Positions 29,033 to 33,481 of a stretch of DNA of 33,481 nucleotides are shown here, one piece after another. The notes below the pieces were generated by a model. The model saw only the letters and a program-made list of their open reading frames with translations, made no database searches and was not told the origin of the DNA. The stretch is from an uncultured Candidatus Cloacimonadota bacterium (GTDB lineage Bacteria > Cloacimonadota > Cloacimonadia > Cloacimonadales > TCS61): assembly GCA_964485055.1 (NCBI GenBank), contig CAZAHZ010000002.1, positions 1 through 33,481 on the forward strand, given 5' to 3'. The position numbers were made by a program, and so were the translations under genes. Numbering within the stretch: position 1 is the stretch's first letter; every line of letters begins with the position of its first letter.

Positions 29033-31357
29033 ATGAGTGACAGTAGGGTGTTAAATTTTAAAAGACTTGTTATCTGGCTGCTGCTCTTGATCTTAGCAGT
29101 CTTACTTCTCGTGGCGGTCAGCATTGACAGTCACAATATTCTCGATGATTATGACAGCATTCTTCAAAGTGATATGACTCTTCTTGATATTGTTAAAATG
29201 GATTTCCCGGATTTATATAATCCTATTGGACCTTTTGGCGCCTGTATGAGCTACTGGCTATGTTACATTTTGGGCAGGATACTTTGTATCTCACTTCTTC
29301 TGGGTTTGGCAATGCTGTCATTTTTGAATATTATTTCTTTCTTCCGTGATAATATTCTCGGCAAGATCATCTGTTTTATCATTATGGCTTTCTTTATGAA
29401 TATAATAGTGATAACTTTAACGGGCAGGCAGGCTCTGATACCGGGCTTAATCACGGTTTTCTTTCGCACTTTTCTCAATGGTTTATTTGGCACTGCCGGG
29501 ACAATAATTATTGCCGGAGTAATTATTGTTGTGATGATAATAATTATCTTCGAAATGGGTCCTATCTGGAAATTTTTCTGCTGGGTGGTTCAGATCATCA
29601 ACCGTTTCTTTAAATGGCTTTTTCATCCTCATAAAGATAAAGAAACCAGCAAAAACAAACCTGTAAAAGAAAAGAAACCGCAACAGCCCAGCCTGAAAAT
29701 CCATTCTGAACCTGAATTAGAAAATAATCCCGATCAGCAGATAGACCTGGAAACTAAGCTGGACTCTCAAAAAGAAAAGAAAAAAACCAAACTTCCTGAA
29801 ATTAATAATACTCCCCGAAAATATGAAGAAAAAACTTCCCCGACTCAAAGTATTCGGCGTAACTCATCTAATAATTATCAACCACCTGACGATGGAATAT
29901 TTGTTCTCCCAAAAATTGTTGATTTCCTGCAGGAAAGTATTTCGGAAATCTCAGACCGTGAAGCATTGAAAGAAGATATAGCTATGATCAGCAAGGTGTT
30001 ACAGGACAAACTTGCTGAATTTAATGTGGAAGCTACTGTCCAAAACGTCAATATCGGACCTATAGTTACTCAATATGAATTGAAGCCGGCTCCTGGAGTT
30101 AAAGTTTCCACTTTCAGTAATTTATCTAAAGATTTAACTCTCGCTCTTAAAGCCAAGAGTCTCCGCGTTGAAGCTCCTATACCGGGAAGAGGGTTGATCG
30201 GGATTGAAATTCCTAATATCCATCGTGATATTATTTTCTTGCGAGATATCATGCTCTCATCTCAAATGAAAAAAATGGAAAGCAAACTTGCTTTTGCTCT
30301 TGGCAAAGATATTGCTGGAAATCCCGTGGTAGCTGATCTGGCACGCATGCCACATCTCTTAATCGCTGGTGCCACCGGCTCTGGTAAAAGTGTTTGTGTT
30401 AATTCTATCATTATTAGTCTGCTCCTGAGAACCACTCCGTCTGAGCTTAGATTGATCCTGATTGATCCCAAGCGCATCGAATTAGCCGGTTACGAAGGAA
30501 TTCCTCACTTGATCCAGAATGTGGTTACTGAACCCGACCATGTGATGATCGCTCTCAATTGGGCAGTTTCGGAGATGGATAGACGTTATAAACTGCTGCA
30601 AAATTATAATGTTCGCAATCTTGATGATTTTAATAATAAGATTAGAGAATTGAGAATAATTGGAGAAGACCCTGAAGAAAGTGAATTGCCCTATATCGTA
30701 GTGATAATTGATGAATTTTCTGATTTGATCATGACTGCTCCCAAAGAAATTGAGAGACCGGTCACGCGGCTTGCTCAAATGGCAAGAGCAATTGGTATCC
30801 ATCTGATCCTGGCAACTCAACGTCCCTCAAATAAAGTGATAACAGGCTTAATAAAAGCTAATTTCCCTGCCCGTATCGCCTTCAAAGTTTCCCAGAAAAT
30901 TAATTCCCGCGTTATTCTTGATACCAATGGTGCTGAACAACTTCTGGGCAAAGGAGATTCACTCTTCCTGGGACCTGGTAAAGCAATCCCGGAACGAATT
31001 CACGGTGCTTATGTTTCTGATGATGAGATCAATAATCTGGTTGATTATCTTAGGGTACAACCCAAACCTGACGATGATATAACAATTATTCAGGAAGAAA
31101 GCGCTGCCTTGGAAAATTTTGATTTTGATGATCCGCTTTTCCCGGAAGCTGCTTATGCCGTTGTTACTGCCGGTTCCGCTTCTGTTTCAATGCTGCAGCG
31201 TCACTTTAAAATTGGTTATGCCCGGGCGGGAAGACTGGTTGATCTCCTGGAACAGGCTAAAATAATAGGACCACATCTGGGCAGCAAGTCCAGAGAAGTA
31301 ATTGCCAGTCAGGAAGATTTACGCATCCTGGGCTATTTGCCGGAGGAACTTTTATGA
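29033..31357 (+). CDS. ftsK: DNA translocase FtsK
   Basis: 774 aa. It has N-terminal TM helices, a Lys/Pro/Glu-rich linker and a motor domain with the Walker A LIAGATGSGKS and Walker B VVIIDEF. The C-terminal gamma wHTH is MLQRHFKIGYARAGRLVDLLE. Confidence 0.95.
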   Translation: MSDSRVLNFKRLVIWLLLLILAVLLLVAVSIDSHNILDDYDSILQSDMTLLDIVKMDFPDLYNPIGPFGACMSYWLCYILGRILCISLLLGLAMLSFLNIISFFRDNILGKIICFIIMAFFMNIIVITLTGRQALIPGLITVFFRTFLNGLFGTAGTIIIAGVIIVVMIIIIFEMGPIWKFFCWVVQIINRFFKWLFHPHKDKETSKNKPVKEKKPQQPSLKIHSEPELENNPDQQIDLETKLDSQKEKKKTKLPEINNTPRKYEEKTSPTQSIRRNSSNNYQPPDDGIFVLPKIVDFLQESISEISDREALKEDIAMISKVLQDKLAEFNVEATVQNVNIGPIVTQYELKPAPGVKVSTFSNLSKDLTLALKAKSLRVEAPIPGRGLIGIEIPNIHRDIIFLRDIMLSSQMKKMESKLAFALGKDIAGNPVVADLARMPHLLIAGATGSGKSVCVNSIIISLLLRTTPSELRLILIDPKRIELAGYEGIPHLIQNVVTEPDHVMIALNWAVSEMDRRYKLLQNYNVRNLDDFNNKIRELRIIGEDPEESELPYIVVIIDEFSDLIMTAPKEIERPVTRLAQMARAIGIHLILATQRPSNKVITGLIKANFPARIAFKVSQKINSRVILDTNGAEQLLGKGDSLFLGPGKAIPERIHGAYVSDDEINNLVDYLRVQPKPDDDITIIQEESAALENFDFDDPLFPEAAYAVVTAGSASVSMLQRHFKIGYARAGRLVDLLEQAKIIGPHLGSKSREVIASQEDLRILGYLPEELL

Positions 31358-31959
31358 AATACCTTTTAATTATATCACTTCTGATCTTTGCAGTGTATTT
31401 GCCAGCTTCACAACTTGATGATATTTACAGAAATGTTATCACAGAATATAGCAAGATCAATACTTTTGAAGCTGTTCTGAACCAGAATAACTTTTGGTCT
31501 GAAATTGATCTGGCAAAATCTGCTTCTGGCAGGATATATTATAATAGCGATTCTTTGTTTATTACTTATCTGCCACCTGATGAGCAGGAATTATTCGTCC
31601 TGGGAAATACTGTAATTGTCCATGATATTAAAGGAAGCCAGGCTATCTATATGGACAAGGCTGATTTTTTTATCCGCCCTGTAGAGATCATCAAAGCCTA
31701 TTGGACTGGCAGCGAAAAGGAACTAATTTCCAGTATTGATGATAGCACCCAAATTCTGTTAAAAAAAGATCAGGAAGAAATTCTGATCAGCCTGCAAAAT
31801 GGATTAATATTTTCCGTCCAGATCACGGATAAAGATAACAACTCCGTCAGTTATCAATTTTCTGAGGAAATAATTAATGGAGAGCTGCCGAAAGGTATAT
31901 TCATTCCTGATTTTCCGGAGAATACAAACATCATAGATAACCGTTCTAACGGAGAATAA
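31354..31959 (+). CDS. LolA-like outer-membrane lipoprotein carrier/sorting protein
   Basis: 201 aa with a signal peptide. Its predicted content is mostly beta strand, with LolA-like blocks (F.A.L.Q.......SGRIYY..P..L.I.Y..PDEQ..V..G....V.D). The start shares an ATGA overlap with the ftsK stop, and ftsK-lolA adjacency is a well-known synteny. Confidence 0.55.
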   Translation: MKYLLIISLLIFAVYLPASQLDDIYRNVITEYSKINTFEAVLNQNNFWSEIDLAKSASGRIYYNSDSLFITYLPPDEQELFVLGNTVIVHDIKGSQAIYMDKADFFIRPVEIIKAYWTGSEKELISSIDDSTQILLKKDQEEILISLQNGLIFSVQITDKDNNSVSYQFSEEIINGELPKGIFIPDFPENTNIIDNRSNGE

Positions 31960-31962
31960 CGC

Positions 31963-33018
31963 ATGATTGCATTAATTATGGCAGGAGGTATTGGCTCCCG
32001 TTTCTGGCCCCTTAGCCGTGAAGACCACCCCAAACAGTTTTTATCCATTGTCAGCCCGGATTCCATGATCAGATTAACTGTTGACCGCTTACTGAAAAGG
32101 ATAAATATTAACGATATCTACATCGTCACCTCAACCAGTCAGGTGGAGCTGGTTAAATCACATATTCCTGAATTAAATCCGAATAATATTATTATTGAGC
32201 CTTTTGGCATGAATACAGCCCCCTGCATTGCACTCAGCCTGGCGTGGCTGGAAAATAAATATGATGAAAACGAGATCATGCTGGTAGCTGCATCTGATCA
32301 TCTGATCTCTGATACTCAGGAATTTTACAAATGCCTGGCTATTGCCGAACAAACCGCTAAATTGGATAAACTGGTTACTTTTGGAATAAAACCAACTTAT
32401 CCCGCTGTTTGCTATGGTTATATTGAAACTGGAAAACAGATAGATGATTTCTACTGGCAGGTTGCCCGGTTTAAGGAAAAACCTCATCTCGATACTGCCC
32501 AAAAATATCTGAAAACCGGCAGGTTTTTCTGGAATAGCGGTATGTTCATCTGGAAAATAAAGACTATCAGTCAAGCTTACAAAAACCTTCAACCTGACAT
32601 CTGGAATGTACTGGATAGTATTAAAGTTATCTGGAATAAACACGGTAAACACGAAGACATCACTTCTCTTTATAAGCAAATGCCCAGAATTTCTGTGGAT
32701 GTTGCCATTATGGAAAAATCTGAAAATATCGCCGTTATCCCCTCTGATTTCGGATGGAGTGATGTTGGCAGTTGGAAAGCTCTTTATGAGTTATCTCCTA
32801 AAGATGAAAATAATAATTTCTTTAAAAAAGACTCTCTGGCTATCGAAAGTCATAATAATTTTGTTTACTCTGATAAACTGGTCAGCCTCATCGGTGTGAA
32901 TAATCTGGTGATCATCGAAACCGAAGATGTTATTCTCATAGCTGATAAAGACAAATCAGAGGAAGTAAAAAGCCTGGTTGACTATCTGAACAAAAATAAT
33001 CGGAAAGGATTTGTGTAA
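31963..33018 (+). CDS. Mannose-1-phosphate guanylyltransferase (nucleotidyltransferase domain only, no PMI/cupin domain)
   Basis: The N-terminus ALIMAGGIGSRFWPLSREDHPKQFL is the G-x-G-x-R-x-W-P-x-S motif of the ManC/CpsB family. Later blocks YGYIE, FKEKP and FWNSGMF.W are also present. Confidence 0.85.
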   Translation: MIALIMAGGIGSRFWPLSREDHPKQFLSIVSPDSMIRLTVDRLLKRININDIYIVTSTSQVELVKSHIPELNPNNIIIEPFGMNTAPCIALSLAWLENKYDENEIMLVAASDHLISDTQEFYKCLAIAEQTAKLDKLVTFGIKPTYPAVCYGYIETGKQIDDFYWQVARFKEKPHLDTAQKYLKTGRFFWNSGMFIWKIKTISQAYKNLQPDIWNVLDSIKVIWNKHGKHEDITSLYKQMPRISVDVAIMEKSENIAVIPSDFGWSDVGSWKALYELSPKDENNNFFKKDSLAIESHNNFVYSDKLVSLIGVNNLVIIETEDVILIADKDKSEEVKSLVDYLNKNNRKGFV

Positions 33019-33021
33019 AAT

Positions 33022-33481
33022 ATGGTTGATTCACCGCAAAAATATAAATTTGATCTAAAAGTTTTATACTGCGAAGACGCCAGAGAAGTTCTTCATTCTC
33101 TAAACAAAGCCCTCCTCAAGAGATTCAGAGAAGTAATCCTTGCCTCTGACGGATTAACCGGACTCGCAAAATATAAAACTGAAAAACCTGACCTGATCAT
33201 CACTGATATCAAGATGCCAAATTTGAACGGATTGCAAATGGTTCAACAAATTAGAGAAAATGACAATCATATCAAGATTATCATTATTTCTGCTTATACT
33301 GATGTTGATTACTTTCTGGAAGCTATTGACTATGGAATTAACGCTTTTATTAAAAAACCCGTAGATTACAGGATACTTGATGCTCAATTGCAGGAGATTG
33401 CGAGTGAAATCTTTCTGCAAAAGCGGATCATAGAAGAAGAAAAAAAACGTATCGTCATCCAAAAAGAACACGAAAGATTAT
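33022..33481 (+). CDS. Response-regulator receiver domain protein, 3'-truncated by the window end
   Basis: I translated this myself from the ATG at 33022: MVDSPQKYKFDLKVLYCEDAREVLHSLNKALLKRFREVILASDGLTGLAKYKTEKPDLIITDIKMPNLNGLQMVQQIRENDNHIKIIIISAYTDVDYFLEAIDYGINAFIKKPVDY... It has the REC hallmarks CED, ITDIKMP, SAY and KKP. The frame stays open to the window end, which is why it is absent from the ORF track. It resembles the REC domain of the 12950 protein. Confidence 0.8.
   Translation, partial: MVDSPQKYKFDLKVLYCEDAREVLHSLNKALLKRFREVILASDGLTGLAKYKTEKPDLIITDIKMPNLNGLQMVQQIRENDNHIKIIIISAYTDVDYFLEAIDYGINAFIKKPVDYRILDAQLQEIASEIFLQKRIIEEEKKRIVIQKEHERL

Noticed and set aside
33154-33471. A 105-aa minus-strand ORF at the window end
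   Set aside because: It is antisense to a plus-strand frame that encodes a textbook REC domain starting at 33022. Its own translation is low-complexity (FFFFF, Ile/Asn/Ser-rich) with no motif.

Overview
AT-rich bacterial chromosomal window with about 33 tightly packed housekeeping genes. I saw no mobile elements, CRISPR arrays, rRNA or tRNA genes. All calls rest on motifs read by eye from the supplied translations and DNA; no database search was possible.

Gene layout:
- Minus strand, 12721 down to 509: rsmG-parA-parB, an M23 peptidase, a complete 11-gene F1Fo ATP synthase operon (atpZ-like, atpI, atpB, two c-subunit genes, atpF, atpH, atpA, atpG, atpD, atpC) and a DUF4015-type glycoside-hydrolase-like gene.
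- 5' edge, plus strand: a partial rlmH.
- Plus strand, 12950-14934: a partner-switching pair, made of a REC / PP2C-like / RsbW-like kinase fusion and a STAS antagonist.
- Minus strand, 20683 down to 15004: hrcA-grpE-dnaK-dnaJ-rsmE, with CIRCE-like operators upstream of hrcA.
- Plus strand, 20992 to the window end: acylphosphatase, a LysM-M23 peptidase, a MerR regulator, a compact sigma-70, queD, engB, dxs, mnmE, ychF, ftsK, a lolA-like gene, mannose-1-P guanylyltransferase and a second, truncated REC protein.
- Two parS sites (494-509 and 12086-12101) suggest an origin-proximal location.

Most interesting feature: between atpB and a normal 78-aa c subunit sits a 253-aa gene that encodes three fused c-subunit hairpins.
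- Only the first hairpin keeps the ion-binding Glu. Hairpins 2 and 3 have Gln at that position.
- The single-hairpin c subunit carries a Na+-type signature (E28, E61-S62-T63, Y66).
- This resembles, and goes beyond, the F/V-hybrid rotor of Acetobacterium woodii, which has a duplicated c1 subunit.
- If the fused protein enters the rotor ring, the ring would carry fewer ion sites per hairpin. That has not been shown here.
- The a subunit in the same operon also carries an unusual extension of about 200 aa at its N-terminus.
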